Shown here one piece after another: positions 38,318 through 48,779 of a stretch of DNA of 64,000 nucleotides. Positions within the stretch are counted from its first letter, which is position 1; each line of letters begins with the position of its first letter. The stretch covers positions 2,411,206-2,475,205 of the forward strand of contig CBDFJR010000002.1 of the NCBI GenBank assembly GCA_965248535.1, given 5' to 3'. Source of the DNA: Phormidesmis sp. GTDB taxonomy: Bacteria > Cyanobacteriota > Cyanobacteriia > Leptolyngbyales > Leptolyngbyaceae. A program made the translations under genes and the position numbers. The notes under the pieces are model-generated. The model was given only the letters and a program-made list of their open reading frames with translations. It did no database searches and was not told the DNA's origin.

Positions 38318-39127
38318 TTATAAATCAGAAGCAGACGATTTGCTAAACATCGGGGCCAAAAATGCCACCAGCGCCCCTAACGCAAACCCTGACACATTGC
38401 GAAATAGCGGCAGCCAATCAGACGTGCGCGTCACCACCGGGCCCACCCCAAACGCGAGAAATAAAATGCCCCAAAGCGGCGAAAAGATCAGCGCCCACTG
38501 CCACGAAAAGCCCTTTCCTTCTTGACCTTTGCGAGGCTGCCCTGCAAACCCAAAAATCACGCCCCCGATCGTAGAAGTCACCAGCGTGAGCACCCATTGT
38601 TCTCTAGGCAAGCCCGGCACAACGCTGCAACCGTTTTGACGCAGACAGAGTTTGACCGCATCTAGAGCTTGAATGATGGACTGGTCTTCACCATTTTCAC
38701 GGACAAAAAACTGGTTGCCAAATCGGGTCTGTAGCTCGATCCAAAAAGTCCGAGAGAGCAGGGGATAGAAATCATCTCCCACACTGAAGTTAAGAATGTT
38801 GCCGCCTCGTTGATCAGCAACCAGCATCACACTTTTTTTATCAAGCCCCCAAAATTGTTTAACGGCAGTGCCCGGAGTGCGATCGAACTGGGTCAGCACT
38901 CGCAGCTTCCAGCCTGTTTCGGCTTCAAACTCTCCCAGATTCTTAGAGAGCGTCTCTTCTTGAACGGCGGTTAATATCTTGGCCAGATCAATCACGTTAG
39001 TAGGCTGGTCGGGCAATAGATCTGGGTTGTTGTAGGCCTGCGCTGCGGGCGCGATCGTCCAGATCGATAGCGTTAGACAACAGACAGTGACTGCCTTCCA
39101 AAAAGGGCGACTCAAAAAATGGTGCAT
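38318..39127 (-). CDS. TPM-domain membrane protein
   Basis: Signal peptide (AAQA), ETGWKLRVLTQFDRTPG, FWIELQTRFGNQF, C-terminal transmembrane helices. Confidence 0.85.
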   Translation of the reverse strand: MHHFLSRPFWKAVTVCCLTLSIWTIAPAAQAYNNPDLLPDQPTNVIDLAKILTAVQEETLSKNLGEFEAETGWKLRVLTQFDRTPGTAVKQFWGLDKKSVMLVADQRGGNILNFSVGDDFYPLLSRTFWIELQTRFGNQFFVRENGEDQSIIQALDAVKLCLRQNGCSVVPGLPREQWVLTLVTSTIGGVIFGFAGQPRKGQEGKGFSWQWALIFSPLWGILFLAFGVGPVVTRTSDWLPLFRNVSGFALGALVAFLAPMFSKSSASDL

Positions 39128-39541
39128 TGACGTTTGAGATAGGGGTGATTAAACGAGATGGGCAGATATCTGAAGCGGCCGGCGTGATCAGGCTTACTTT
39201 TCTTTACATTTGTTTACTCTAATCTAATATTAGGAGCCTAAGGGGAACTGAGTCAATTTGCTGAGTGAAGTTTGCCCAAAAAAGGCACCCCTTGCGGGCG
39301 CTGATCGTCAATGAGGCTAAAAAAGGGCTAGAAATTATTGCTCTCACTGCGAGGAGGGGGGTTAACGTCACCCCGATCGCTGGGGTCTCTGAGTGCGTCG
39401 CGGAAGCCATTTCTAGGCACCTCTGACGAGTGGGAGTCTAGCTCTGAGTTGCCCAAGTCCTCGACTTCAGGGTAAGCAAGATAGCTAGGAGAGACGTAGG
39501 AGCGATCGTGGGGTTCGCCAGAGCGCTCAGAGCGGCGAGAT

Positions 39542-39970
39542 TCATTCACCTCGATCGGGGCTGCGGGGCGACGAACTCAGGCGATCAGCCCGCCTCGCCT
39601 TAGCAGCAGGCTGAGTCAGCGTTTTCCAAGCTGCTTTGGCTCCCGCAAACACGCTGCGACTGGTGGTTTGGGCTTTCTGGACTTGCTGCTTGACCCCGCT
39701 GATGCTCTGGTCAACTTGCTTGACAACCTGCCCCGCGCTTTGCACGCCCTGACTCATATCGTCTGTCAGTTCACTAATCTCTAGCCCCGTCAGCCTAATC
39801 GCCTCCAACGTGGGAGGAAGCTCACGGTTGAGGGTGTCAAACAGCTTTTCGGCACTGCGAGCAGCGCGGCTCAGTTCTTGAATCGCGGGCACCATGACCA
39901 CCAAGACGGCAGTCAGGCTAACTGCCACCAATAGAATCGAGAGTCCTAACCAAAAGAGGGGATCAATCAC
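39542..39970 (-). CDS. DUF948 family protein (may extend to 39328 through a frameshift)
   Basis: MIDPLFWLGLSILLVAVSLTAVL...RAARSAEKLFDTLNRELPPTLEAIRLTGLEI. Confidence 0.85.
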   Translation of the reverse strand: MIDPLFWLGLSILLVAVSLTAVLVVMVPAIQELSRAARSAEKLFDTLNRELPPTLEAIRLTGLEISELTDDMSQGVQSAGQVVKQVDQSISGVKQQVQKAQTTSRSVFAGAKAAWKTLTQPAAKARRADRLSSSPRSPDRGE

Positions 39971-39980
39971 CAGATTTCGC

Positions 39981-40334
39981 CTATAGCAAACGATCGCGGA
40001 GAGGGGTTTGAGGGTCAGTGGGTGGCTCTAGGTCGGTGCGATTGAGCAGTTGGTGTTCGCGCTGAGTGGCATCTAGCCCCGCAGATACGGCTTCACGTAA
40101 CCGTCCTAGGGTGCCGTCCCAGTTTCGCAAAGCGGTTTCTGAAAGTCTATCTGCCTGAAGTTGCACGGTCGTTGAGAGATCTTCTGCCAACTCTGGGAGC
40201 GCGTCAGCAGATTTTTTGATTAGCTGTCGAGTCTCACGTCCGGTACGAGGGGCAACCAGCAGACCTGCGATCGCTCCAAAGGCGGCCCCGATGATCATTC
40301 CTCCCAAAAAAGCTCCAGAACGATTGTTTGACAT
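39981..40334 (-). CDS. YtxH domain-containing protein
   Basis: FLGGMIIGAAFGAIAGLLVAPRTGRETR. Confidence 0.9.
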   Translation of the reverse strand: MSNNRSGAFLGGMIIGAAFGAIAGLLVAPRTGRETRQLIKKSADALPELAEDLSTTVQLQADRLSETALRNWDGTLGRLREAVSAGLDATQREHQLLNRTDLEPPTDPQTPLRDRLL

Positions 40335-40622
40335 ATCCTCGCACTAATCCTTTGTTAACGCCTGCTCAGACTTTGCATTTGGGCAAGTTAACCCCATTCT
40401 GCCAGAATCTTGCTGAATCCTTCCAGACTATGGGACAGATCTCAGAAGCTTAGGCAGATCTGCAAACTCGTCTGTCTTCTCTAAGTATCTCAAGGATTAA
40501 AAGCTAGAGACGTTGCAAAAGGAAAGTTTGGTGAGGAGTTGTCCATCCGGTTCTCTTGGCAGACCCTAAATTTTGTGAGAGGGTTTAGATCTGAACTGGG
40601 CTTTTAGCCTGTCCGATCGGAA

Positions 40623-40979
40623 TTATTTTCTCAATTTGTTGGGTGATTTTCTAACCGCCTGCTGAGATGGGGTTGAGAAAGGCAAAAATCGGGTGCGTTG
40701 CCACACTGTTTGTCCTAGACTCAACAGTGCTAGGGCCTGTCTGGCTTGCTGATAGTGAGGCTCTAGCTGCTGATAGCGCTGTCGAAGCTGGCGCGTTTTG
40801 ATCTGACCCTTGAGAATTGCGTCAGGGGCACCGTGGAGTGCAGCATGGGTGTTTTTTTCAGCGATCGTCAACACATCGGCCGCGTGGGCGATCGCTCGTC
40901 TAAACTGCCCCACCTTCCACGCGACATAAAAGCCGCCGAGCGCCAAGAGCAGATTGACCGTCACAACCAATGTCAGCAT
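40623..40979 (-). CDS. Conserved hypothetical membrane-anchored protein
   Basis: N-terminal hydrophobic helix, AEKNTHAALHGAP, RQLRQRYQQL. Confidence 0.7.
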   Translation of the reverse strand: MLTLVVTVNLLLALGGFYVAWKVGQFRRAIAHAADVLTIAEKNTHAALHGAPDAILKGQIKTRQLRQRYQQLEPHYQQARQALALLSLGQTVWQRTRFLPFSTPSQQAVRKSPNKLRK

Positions 40980-41072
40980 TTTTGTGTCTTTGCAGCAGCG
41001 GTTTGCAAGGTTGACCCATTTTCAGCATCATAGCGCCATCTGTTAAAAGCGCGGGTCTGAGATTGAAGGAGA

Positions 41073-41882
41073 TCAGGATCTTGATTTCCGTTTAAGTAGT
41101 GTTTTGGCGCTCAAAGTCGCGATCGCCACTAAACTGATGGCTGACGTTGATTCTGGAACCGATTTGATCGGCACGGCGCTGCTGCCGTTGGCGCGCAATA
41201 GCCAATAGCCCGCTGTATAGACATCGCTATCGGTTAACTTAGGAGGCTGGGGAAGCGGATTGATCCCGCGGGTGGAGTCGCTAAACACGAGCCAAGACTT
41301 GCCGCCTCTAGCAACTTTGTCAGTCGGGTTAGGAATGTCAAGCGCCGCCGGAAATTGTCCTTCTTTTTGGTTGGGAAACAGAGCGGCTATGTAGAACGTT
41401 CCCTCGACTGGCTGACGCTGCTTAAACACGATTCTAGAAAAAACATCAGAGCGGTCAGGCCGCGTCGTATCGGGGGGCTGAACGATCGTGTCTTCTTCGG
41501 CTAAAAGCTCTAACTGCTGGTCATTATTCGTGTCGGCGTATAGAAAAACTTTTGCGGGTTCGTTAGAGAGTCCGGCGGTGAGTAAGGGAGTTTGAGTGCA
41601 GGGATCGGTGACTCGCGCACCCCAAACGATGTCGATCGAGTCAATAAACTCGCCCCCGGCTCTAGCGTTAAAAGAATTGAGCCACATCAAATCGCCCAAA
41701 ACGCGGGGAGGAGTGGGTTGAGCAGGTGGCTGAGAAGCCCGATTGCAGGTGGTCAGCCCTACGGCTGCGTTGCTCTCTCCATCGTCAAGCTGATAGACCG
41801 TGGCGGCCCTCGCCGCAGACGGCAGAGAGAGGGTGGCGATCGCGCTCAGGGTGACAAGTCTAGTAGTGAATTGCTGAAACAT
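41073..41882 (-). CDS. Secreted PEP-CTERM-like sorting-domain protein
   Basis: Signal peptide (ARA); C-terminal VPESTS + hydrophobic stretch + KRKSRS. Confidence 0.75.
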   Translation of the reverse strand: MFQQFTTRLVTLSAIATLSLPSAARAATVYQLDDGESNAAVGLTTCNRASQPPAQPTPPRVLGDLMWLNSFNARAGGEFIDSIDIVWGARVTDPCTQTPLLTAGLSNEPAKVFLYADTNNDQQLELLAEEDTIVQPPDTTRPDRSDVFSRIVFKQRQPVEGTFYIAALFPNQKEGQFPAALDIPNPTDKVARGGKSWLVFSDSTRGINPLPQPPKLTDSDVYTAGYWLLRANGSSAVPIKSVPESTSAISLVAIATLSAKTLLKRKSRS

Positions 41883-42358
41883 GGGGCTACTTCCTAGACG
41901 GAATGGTGATCGATAGTCAGGAACGAAAGATTCAAGAACAAATTAAAGAATAGGAAGGACGGTTCCAGATAACTCATCCGTATTTTGCGAGTTATTACTT
42001 ACTGGTTACTACCGAGTGATTAACGGATTCCCCGGAGAAACCGCCATAAGTTACGTAGTTTTGCGGAGGAACTTCAACAACTTTGTCAAAGCTTTTTAGA
42101 AAGCGTCGGTAGGTCGAAGGTTTTGGGGGAAGTCTCATGGTTTAAGGGATTGCGTAAATTAACGATCGTCTGGTTTGCCTGATTATTTTGTTAGCTGAAT
42201 CCAAGGTATAAGCAGTGAGTTAAAACTGCACAAAGGCAAGCGAGAATTCATAGATTTTTCTTAAATGAGTGATCTGAGGAGCATTTCTAACGTCTACAAA
42301 GCGATCTTTCGCTGTCAGCAGTGATACGCTGGTTGCGATTCACTTCGCACGCAACTCT

Positions 42359-43690
42359 ATGGCACCGTCTAAACTCTCTAAGCGAGTCTCTACTGCTTTA
42401 ATCAACGCATTAGGGGCAGGAGTTGTTCCCCGCTTGGGGCTAGAGCAAATTGCTGTAGGAAGAGAAAAAGAAGTGGCAACGCTGCTGCAAGACTTCACTA
42501 ACATTGCGGCGGGCGGGGCGGCGTTTCGACTGGTGATTGGGCGTTATGGAGCCGGAAAAAGCTTTATGCTGCAACTGCTTCGCAGCCATGCGATCGAGCA
42601 AGGGTTTGTGGTAGCAGATGCCGATATCACGCCCGATCGTCGCCTCGCCGGAACCAACGGGTCTAGCCTCGCGACCTATCGAGAACTGATGTGCAATCTC
42701 ACAACCAAAAGCCGACCTGATGGCGGAGCGTTGACGACGATTTTAGAGCGCTGGATTGCGGGCATTCAAACTCAGGTGGCTCAGGAGACGGGCTTAAAGT
42801 CCAGCGATCAGGGGTTTGATGCTCAGGTGGAAGCCAAAATTAGAGAAGTGACTCAAGATGTCACCGATTTGGTGAATGGGTTTGAGTTTGCCACTGTGAT
42901 CATTGCCTACTGGTCTGGCTATCGCAGCGATGATGATTTTAAGAAAGAGTCGGCGCTGCGCTGGCTTCGAGGCGAATTTTCGACTAAAACAGAGGCAAAA
43001 GCGGCGCTGGGAGTGCGGGTGATTATTGACGATGACAATTGGTATGACTACATCAAGCTGTTGGCTCGATTTGTGGCAGACATTGGCTACAAGGGTCTGA
43101 TCATTGTGCTAGATGAGGTGATTCACCTGCTCAAAATCACCACTACGGTGTCTCGTCAAAACAATTATGACAAGCTGTTGGCGATGTTTAACGATGTGAT
43201 GCAGGGCAGAGTCGCTCATCTGGGCATTGTGATTGGCGGCACGCCGCAATTTTTAGAAGATCCGCGACGGGGGCTTTATAGTGACCCGGCTTGGCAGCGG
43301 CGCACGGCTCAGAGTGCGTTGGTCAGTCAGAGCGGCATGGTAGATACGATCGCGCCTGTGATTCGTCTAGAGCCGTTGAGTCAAGCTGAGGTTTTGCAAC
43401 TGCTGCAACGATTGGCGGAAATGCACAAGCACCACTATGAGTATGGCAAGATGCTTTCGCCGCCGGAGTTGAAAGAATTTTTGAGGCTGATCAGCGATCG
43501 GGTGGGGGCTGATAAATTATTGACTCCGGGGGAGATTGTGCGCGACTTTATGAGTGTGCTCAATATCTTGCATCAAAATCCTCAGTTGTCTATGGGTCAG
43601 CTTTTGCAGCGGTCAGATTTTCAGCCGAGTCGGGTGAATAAGGTTGGACAAGCGGAATCCAATGGGGAGTTTGCAGAGTTTACGCTTTAG
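42359..43690 (+). CDS. DUF2791 P-loop ATPase (Shango SngB-like)
   Basis: ALGAGVVPRLGL...VGREKE, GRYGAGKSF, ALRWLRGE, IDDDNWYDYIKL, IIVLDE. Confidence 0.85.
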   Translation: MAPSKLSKRVSTALINALGAGVVPRLGLEQIAVGREKEVATLLQDFTNIAAGGAAFRLVIGRYGAGKSFMLQLLRSHAIEQGFVVADADITPDRRLAGTNGSSLATYRELMCNLTTKSRPDGGALTTILERWIAGIQTQVAQETGLKSSDQGFDAQVEAKIREVTQDVTDLVNGFEFATVIIAYWSGYRSDDDFKKESALRWLRGEFSTKTEAKAALGVRVIIDDDNWYDYIKLLARFVADIGYKGLIIVLDEVIHLLKITTTVSRQNNYDKLLAMFNDVMQGRVAHLGIVIGGTPQFLEDPRRGLYSDPAWQRRTAQSALVSQSGMVDTIAPVIRLEPLSQAEVLQLLQRLAEMHKHHYEYGKMLSPPELKEFLRLISDRVGADKLLTPGEIVRDFMSVLNILHQNPQLSMGQLLQRSDFQPSRVNKVGQAESNGEFAEFTL

Positions 43691-43766
43691 ATCTGGGTGA
43701 AAGAGGGGTTGGATGATATGGGTTGTTTGCGTGGAAATGGGTACGGTGATGTTTTTGCGTTGGGGT

Positions 43767-43791
43767 GGGGCACGGCGGTGCCATGCCCGTA
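43767..43791. repeat. REP-like palindrome
   Basis: GGGGCACGGCGGTGCCATGCCCGTA. Confidence 0.55.
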
Positions 43792-43864
43792 TGGTTATTT
43801 TGGGGTTTAAATTTATGATTCTAAATATTACAAATGGGTTTATCGTTGGCATTTAACGTTATTT

Positions 43865-46057
43865 ATGCAAAATTCTTTTCAGCGTCTTGCACCGTTTATT
43901 CAAGACTATATCTATAGCAATGGCTGGACTGATCTTAGACAGGCGCAAATTGAAGCCTGCCGCGTTATTTTTGATAGCGATGATCATTTATTGATTGCCG
44001 CAGGAACGGCTGCTGGAAAAACAGAGGCAGCGTTTCTTCCGGTGTTGACGTTGCTATATGAAAATCCGTCTAAGACCGTAGGCGCGATGTATATCGGCCC
44101 GATTAAGGCACTGATTAATGATCAGTTCGATCGCTTGAATGATCTCTTAAAACACGCAGACATTCCCGTCTGGGCGTGGCATGGTGATGTGACGCAAAGC
44201 CGCAAAAAAAAGCTGTTGACTCAGCCCCAGGGCATTTTGCAAATCACTCCAGAGTCTCTAGAAAGTTTGCTGATTAATAAAAGTGCCGATCTCGATCGCG
44301 TCTTTGGCGATTTGCGGTTCATCGTAATTGATGAGATTCATGCGTTTATTGGCAGCGATCGGGGCGCGCAGATTCTCTGTCAGCTATCTCGGCTGGCTCA
44401 CCTCACTCACAATCAGCCGCGCAGAATTGGACTTTCTGCCACGTTAGGCGATTACAGTTTGGCAGAAGACTGGCTGCGATCGGGCACGACTCGATCGGTG
44501 AGCACTCCCAAAATCGAAGGCGGACAGCGCAATATTCAGCTTTCGTTAGAGCATTTTTATGATCCTGGGCTGGTGGTGAGAGCGATCGGGGAAACCAAAG
44601 ATTCGGCGTTTAACCCCTATCATTTGCATCTGTTTAATCAGAGTCAGGGGCGCAAATGTCTGATCTTTGCCAACGGTCGCACCGCCACTGAGGACGCGAT
44701 CGCCGCCCTGCGAGATATTGCCCGCGCTAAAGGGTTTCCTGATATCTATCACGTCCATCACGGCAGCATCTCGGCCGCGTTGCGAGAAACCGCAGAAACG
44801 GCGATGCGAAAACCCGATACGCCTGCTGTGACTGCCGCGACGGTGACCTTTGAAATGGGCATCGATTTGGGACAACTCGATCGCGTCATTCAGCTTGAGG
44901 CTCCGGCTGGGGTGGCGAGTTTTTTGCAGCGATTGGGGCGATCGGGCAGACGGGGCGGCGCGGCTGAGATGCGGTTTATCTGTGCCGAAGATCGACCCAC
45001 GGGTGAAGAACCCTTGCCCGAACAGGTGCCCTGGCAGCTTTTGCAAAGCATTGCCGTGATTCAGCTATATCTCGAAGAGAAGTGGATCGAGCCAGCCCGA
45101 TCGCTGCAATATCCCTTTAGTTTGCTCTATCACCAAACGATCAGCGTCTTGGCTTCAAGAGGTGAGCTTTCCCCCTCGGCGCTGGCAGAACAAGTCCTCA
45201 CCCTGCCGCCGTTTCACGCCATTTCACAGGCTGATTTTCGGCAGCTATTGCGGCACTTGATCGAAATTGATCACCTCGAAAAAACGCCTGAAGGCGGACT
45301 GATCATCGGCTTGCAGGGTGAGAAAATTGCCCGCAACTTTAAGTTCTACGCGATTTTTCCCGATGTTGAAGATTATGTGGTTAAGCGCGACGGCAAAGCG
45401 ATCGGCAGCATAGTTGTGCCGCCCGGAGAGGGCGATCTCATCTCGCTAGCAGGTCGAGTTTGGGAAGTGCTAGAAGTCGATGCCAAGCGAAAAGTGATCG
45501 CGGTGCAGGCGAGTCAAAATCCCGCAACCGCTAGTTCTTGGCGAGGCAGTGCAGGCGAGATCCACGATCGGGTGCTGCAACGAATGCGGCAAGTTTTGCA
45601 AGAGTCTACTGATTATTCCTATTTGCAGGCGGGGGCAAAGCAGCGATTGCAGTTAGCCCGCGAGATGGCACGCAAAACGGGATTATTTAGTCAGCCGATC
45701 GTGCTGCTTGATGAAGAGCTTTGCTGCATTTTTCCCTGGGCTGGCACGATCGCGTTTCGCACCTTAGAGCGGTTTTTGCGGGTCTATTGCAAAGGGGCGT
45801 TAGGTCTAAAAGGGATTAAAGCCCGATCGCCCTATTTCCTGACCGTGAGACTCGGCAAATGCAAGCTAGAAAGTCTGGACTATGAGATGCGATCGCTGAC
45901 TGAAAGACGACTGAATGCTGATGAATTGCTGAATGTGGACGACGTTCCGCACCTGCAAAAATATGATGAATTCATTCCCACTGAGCTACTTCAAAAAAGC
46001 TTTGTCGGGGATCATCTCAACCTGAAAGCCTTGGCAGATGCGATTCAGCGCTGGTAA
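43865..46057 (+). CDS. Lhr-like DEAD/DEAH-box helicase (Shango SngC-like)
   Basis: AGTAAGKTEAA, PIKALINDQ, TPESLE, IDEIH, GLSAT, HHGS, EMGIDLG, QRLGRSGRR. Confidence 0.88.
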   Translation: MQNSFQRLAPFIQDYIYSNGWTDLRQAQIEACRVIFDSDDHLLIAAGTAAGKTEAAFLPVLTLLYENPSKTVGAMYIGPIKALINDQFDRLNDLLKHADIPVWAWHGDVTQSRKKKLLTQPQGILQITPESLESLLINKSADLDRVFGDLRFIVIDEIHAFIGSDRGAQILCQLSRLAHLTHNQPRRIGLSATLGDYSLAEDWLRSGTTRSVSTPKIEGGQRNIQLSLEHFYDPGLVVRAIGETKDSAFNPYHLHLFNQSQGRKCLIFANGRTATEDAIAALRDIARAKGFPDIYHVHHGSISAALRETAETAMRKPDTPAVTAATVTFEMGIDLGQLDRVIQLEAPAGVASFLQRLGRSGRRGGAAEMRFICAEDRPTGEEPLPEQVPWQLLQSIAVIQLYLEEKWIEPARSLQYPFSLLYHQTISVLASRGELSPSALAEQVLTLPPFHAISQADFRQLLRHLIEIDHLEKTPEGGLIIGLQGEKIARNFKFYAIFPDVEDYVVKRDGKAIGSIVVPPGEGDLISLAGRVWEVLEVDAKRKVIAVQASQNPATASSWRGSAGEIHDRVLQRMRQVLQESTDYSYLQAGAKQRLQLAREMARKTGLFSQPIVLLDEELCCIFPWAGTIAFRTLERFLRVYCKGALGLKGIKARSPYFLTVRLGKCKLESLDYEMRSLTERRLNADELLNVDDVPHLQKYDEFIPTELLQKSFVGDHLNLKALADAIQRW

Positions 46058-46096
46058 AGATTGCTCTATGCCCTCCTGACTGCATAAGCACGTTGG

Positions 46097-46345
46097 TTAC
46101 GACTTTTTTGATTTTGTCTCACAGCCTATACCGTCTTTGTCACGATCGAATCGATGTGGGTCGGGAGGCAGCACTTTAAAGTTTCGATAAGGAATGTCTT
46201 TGCAATCTAGATCAGGTGGCGGAGAAGGAATGCAAACACTCGGATAAGCAGGGTCACAGTTTTTTGTTGTAGAAGATAAAGCAGCCAACAAAAAAGGTGA
46301 CAACATCAGTGAGGTTAAAGTGCAGGTGATGGCGAACGATTTCAT
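46097..46345 (-). CDS. Small secreted Excalibur-like calcium-binding protein
   Basis: Signal peptide + CDPAYPSVCIPSPPPDLDCKDI...DPHRFDRDKDGIGCE. Confidence 0.85.
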   Translation of the reverse strand: MKSFAITCTLTSLMLSPFLLAALSSTTKNCDPAYPSVCIPSPPPDLDCKDIPYRNFKVLPPDPHRFDRDKDGIGCETKSKKS

Positions 46346-46494
46346 TCGGTAATCAAAGCCATGATTTAAGTGTCAAAAATATAACCTACTTCTAGAGGAG
46401 GATGACATGGGCTGGTTTTCTTCGTCAAAACAACACAATTTAGCTCTTCACCTGATATGCTATCCCATAACAAACTCAGCTAAGAGAAAAACGA

Positions 46495-46743
46495 GTGAAT
46501 AGTCAGCCCCTAATTGTCGATTTGGGTATGTCTGATGCAGAGTATTTGGAGCTTTTGGCGATCGGGAGAAATCCTGCACGAGACTGTAGCTATGAGCGAG
46601 AATTAACAAGCTATGGCGTTATGCTAGATGAGGCTCGACGAGTTGCGCCACTGCTAGACAAACGAGACTGCACGATCGCTGAAAAGATTCTTGTTAACCA
46701 AGCGCTGAGACAGATTTGGAAACGGCTAATTCGCAGCCTCTAA
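46495..46743 (+). CDS. Hypothetical protein
   Basis: 82-aa ORF with GTG start filling an intergenic gap; no recognised motif. Confidence 0.55.
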   Translation: MNSQPLIVDLGMSDAEYLELLAIGRNPARDCSYERELTSYGVMLDEARRVAPLLDKRDCTIAEKILVNQALRQIWKRLIRSL

Positions 46744-46765
46744 AAAACTTCATTGTTCAAACCTT

Positions 46766-47848
46766 GTGACCCGATTCAACCATCCCCTCAAGTTATTGTT
46801 GCTGTCTACATCAGTGGGGGCTTTGGGGTCGGGTCTGGGGGGCGGCGTAGAACTGACGCTCAAAAATATTGCTCAAGCCCTAAAACAGCAGGGACACGAG
46901 GTCACGATCGTGGCTCCTTCTGACTCTGTGCTTGAAGGTGCGTCTCTAGTGACGATCGCCGGAGACTTGCAGATCACCGCTCAAACTCAAGGGCGCGATG
47001 CTGCGATCGTGCTGCCTCCAAACTCAGTGCTGGGCAATATGTGGGGCTATGCGCGTCAGGTTCACCATGACTACGATTTGCTGATTAACTTCGCCTACGA
47101 TTGGCTGCCGTTTTATTTGACTCCGTTTTTTCGTCGCCCGATCGCGCATCTGGTCAGCATGGGTTCGTTGACTGACGCAATGGATCAGGTGATTGAACAG
47201 ATTGCGGTTGAGTTTCCGGGCACGATCGCGGTGCACAGTCGCGCTCAGGCAGAAACGTTTCGGTTTGGCGATCGCTGTCGCAATATTCAAAACGGCTTTG
47301 ACTTGTCGCTCTATGAGTTTTGCGCTCAACCTCAACAACAGCTTGCCTGGGTCGGACGCATTGCCCCCGAAAAAGGGCTAGAAGATGCAGTGGCGGCGGC
47401 TCAAATTGTTGGCATTCCGCTTAAGATTTGGGGTGTGATTCAAGATAAAGACTACTGGGATCAGATCTGTGCAGAGTATCCCGATGCGCCGATCGAGTAT
47501 TGCGGATTTTTGCCCACCTCAGACTTACAGCAAAAACTGGGACAATCCCAAGCTCTTTTAATGACTCCGCGCTGGGTCGAAGCCTTTGGCAATGTGGCGA
47601 TCGAAGCCCTTGCCTGCGGCGTGCCCGTCATTGCCTACCGTCGCGGCGGCCCCGCCGAAATTGTTCGTGATGGTGAGACGGGTTGGTTAGTGGAACCGGA
47701 CAACGTTGACGGATTGGTGAGCGCGATCGGGCAGTTAGATCACCTCGATCGTCAAGCCTGTCGCCGCCAAGCCGAAGCCGAATATTCTCTAGAAGCGATG
47801 AGCGATCGCCTAGAAGCTTGGTTTGAAACGATCTTAAAAAAAGGTTGA
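46766..47848 (+). CDS. GT4 glycosyltransferase (pteridine glucosyltransferase-like)
   Basis: STSVGALGSGLGGGVELT, FAYDWLPFYLTPF, GRIAPEKG, EAFGNVAIEALACGVPVI. Confidence 0.85.
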   Translation: MTRFNHPLKLLLLSTSVGALGSGLGGGVELTLKNIAQALKQQGHEVTIVAPSDSVLEGASLVTIAGDLQITAQTQGRDAAIVLPPNSVLGNMWGYARQVHHDYDLLINFAYDWLPFYLTPFFRRPIAHLVSMGSLTDAMDQVIEQIAVEFPGTIAVHSRAQAETFRFGDRCRNIQNGFDLSLYEFCAQPQQQLAWVGRIAPEKGLEDAVAAAQIVGIPLKIWGVIQDKDYWDQICAEYPDAPIEYCGFLPTSDLQQKLGQSQALLMTPRWVEAFGNVAIEALACGVPVIAYRRGGPAEIVRDGETGWLVEPDNVDGLVSAIGQLDHLDRQACRRQAEAEYSLEAMSDRLEAWFETILKKG

Positions 47849-47851
47849 GAC

Positions 47852-48751
47852 ATGAAACGCTGCCAGCCTCCAGCCCCGCTTAAACCAGGTGATTTGCTGC
47901 GGGTAATCTCTCCGAGCGGCACCTTGAGAGAACTGAGTGCCTTTGAGCAAGGGTTGAATGTTTGGCGCGATCGCGGCTATCGAGTCGAGCTAACCCCCGG
48001 ATTTGACGATCGCCACGGCTATCTCGCCGGAACGGATGCAAACCGCCGCACCCAGCTAGACATTGCTCTCAAAGACTCTGAGTGCAAAGGCATTCTCTGC
48101 GCTAGAGGCGGCTATGGCGGAGCCAGACTGCTCGAAGATTGGACGTTTCCGGTCACCGAACCGAAGTGGCTGATCGGATTTTCTGACATCACTAGCCTGC
48201 TGTGGAGCTTTGCCAATCAGGGCATTTCGGGGGTTCATGCGCCTTTGTTGACTACGATCGCCGCCGAGCCAGAGTGGTCAAAAGCACGGCTGTTTGATTG
48301 GGTCGAAGGTCGGACGCTACGATCGCTCACAGGCTCAGGTTGGGGGGGTGGACAGGCAACCGGATTGTTACTTCCCGCTAATCTGACGGTTGCGACTCAT
48401 CTTCTCAACACACCATTACAGCCTGATCTATCAGGTGTCATTTTAGCGTTTGAGGATGTGAGTGAAGCGCCTTATCGCATTGACCGAATGTTGACTCAGT
48501 GGCGCTTATCGGGTGCATTTAAGAATGTGTGTGCGATCTTGTTGGGAAGATTTAGCCAATGTGATCCGCCTAGCAATATTCCTAGCTTTACCGTTAGCGA
48601 AGTCTTGCGTGATCGTCTTAGTGATTTAGGAATTCCGATCGTTTCTGATCTGCCGTTTGGTCACGATGGCGAAAATGCTGCTCTACCCGTAGGAGTTTCG
48701 GTTTGGATCGACGGCGATCGGGGAATTCTTAGTTTTGAGCCATTGCGTTAA
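47852..48751 (+). CDS. ldcA: LD-carboxypeptidase (S66)
   Basis: RGGYG, IGFSDIT, FEDVSEAPYRIDRML, PFGH. Confidence 0.9.
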   Translation: MKRCQPPAPLKPGDLLRVISPSGTLRELSAFEQGLNVWRDRGYRVELTPGFDDRHGYLAGTDANRRTQLDIALKDSECKGILCARGGYGGARLLEDWTFPVTEPKWLIGFSDITSLLWSFANQGISGVHAPLLTTIAAEPEWSKARLFDWVEGRTLRSLTGSGWGGGQATGLLLPANLTVATHLLNTPLQPDLSGVILAFEDVSEAPYRIDRMLTQWRLSGAFKNVCAILLGRFSQCDPPSNIPSFTVSEVLRDRLSDLGIPIVSDLPFGHDGENAALPVGVSVWIDGDRGILSFEPLR

Positions 48752-48779
48752 CGTTGACTATTCCCTCATCCTAACTGCT

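Noticed and set aside
42359..43690. BREX BrxD
   Set aside because: No other BREX genes are adjacent; pairing with an Lhr-like helicase fits Shango better.
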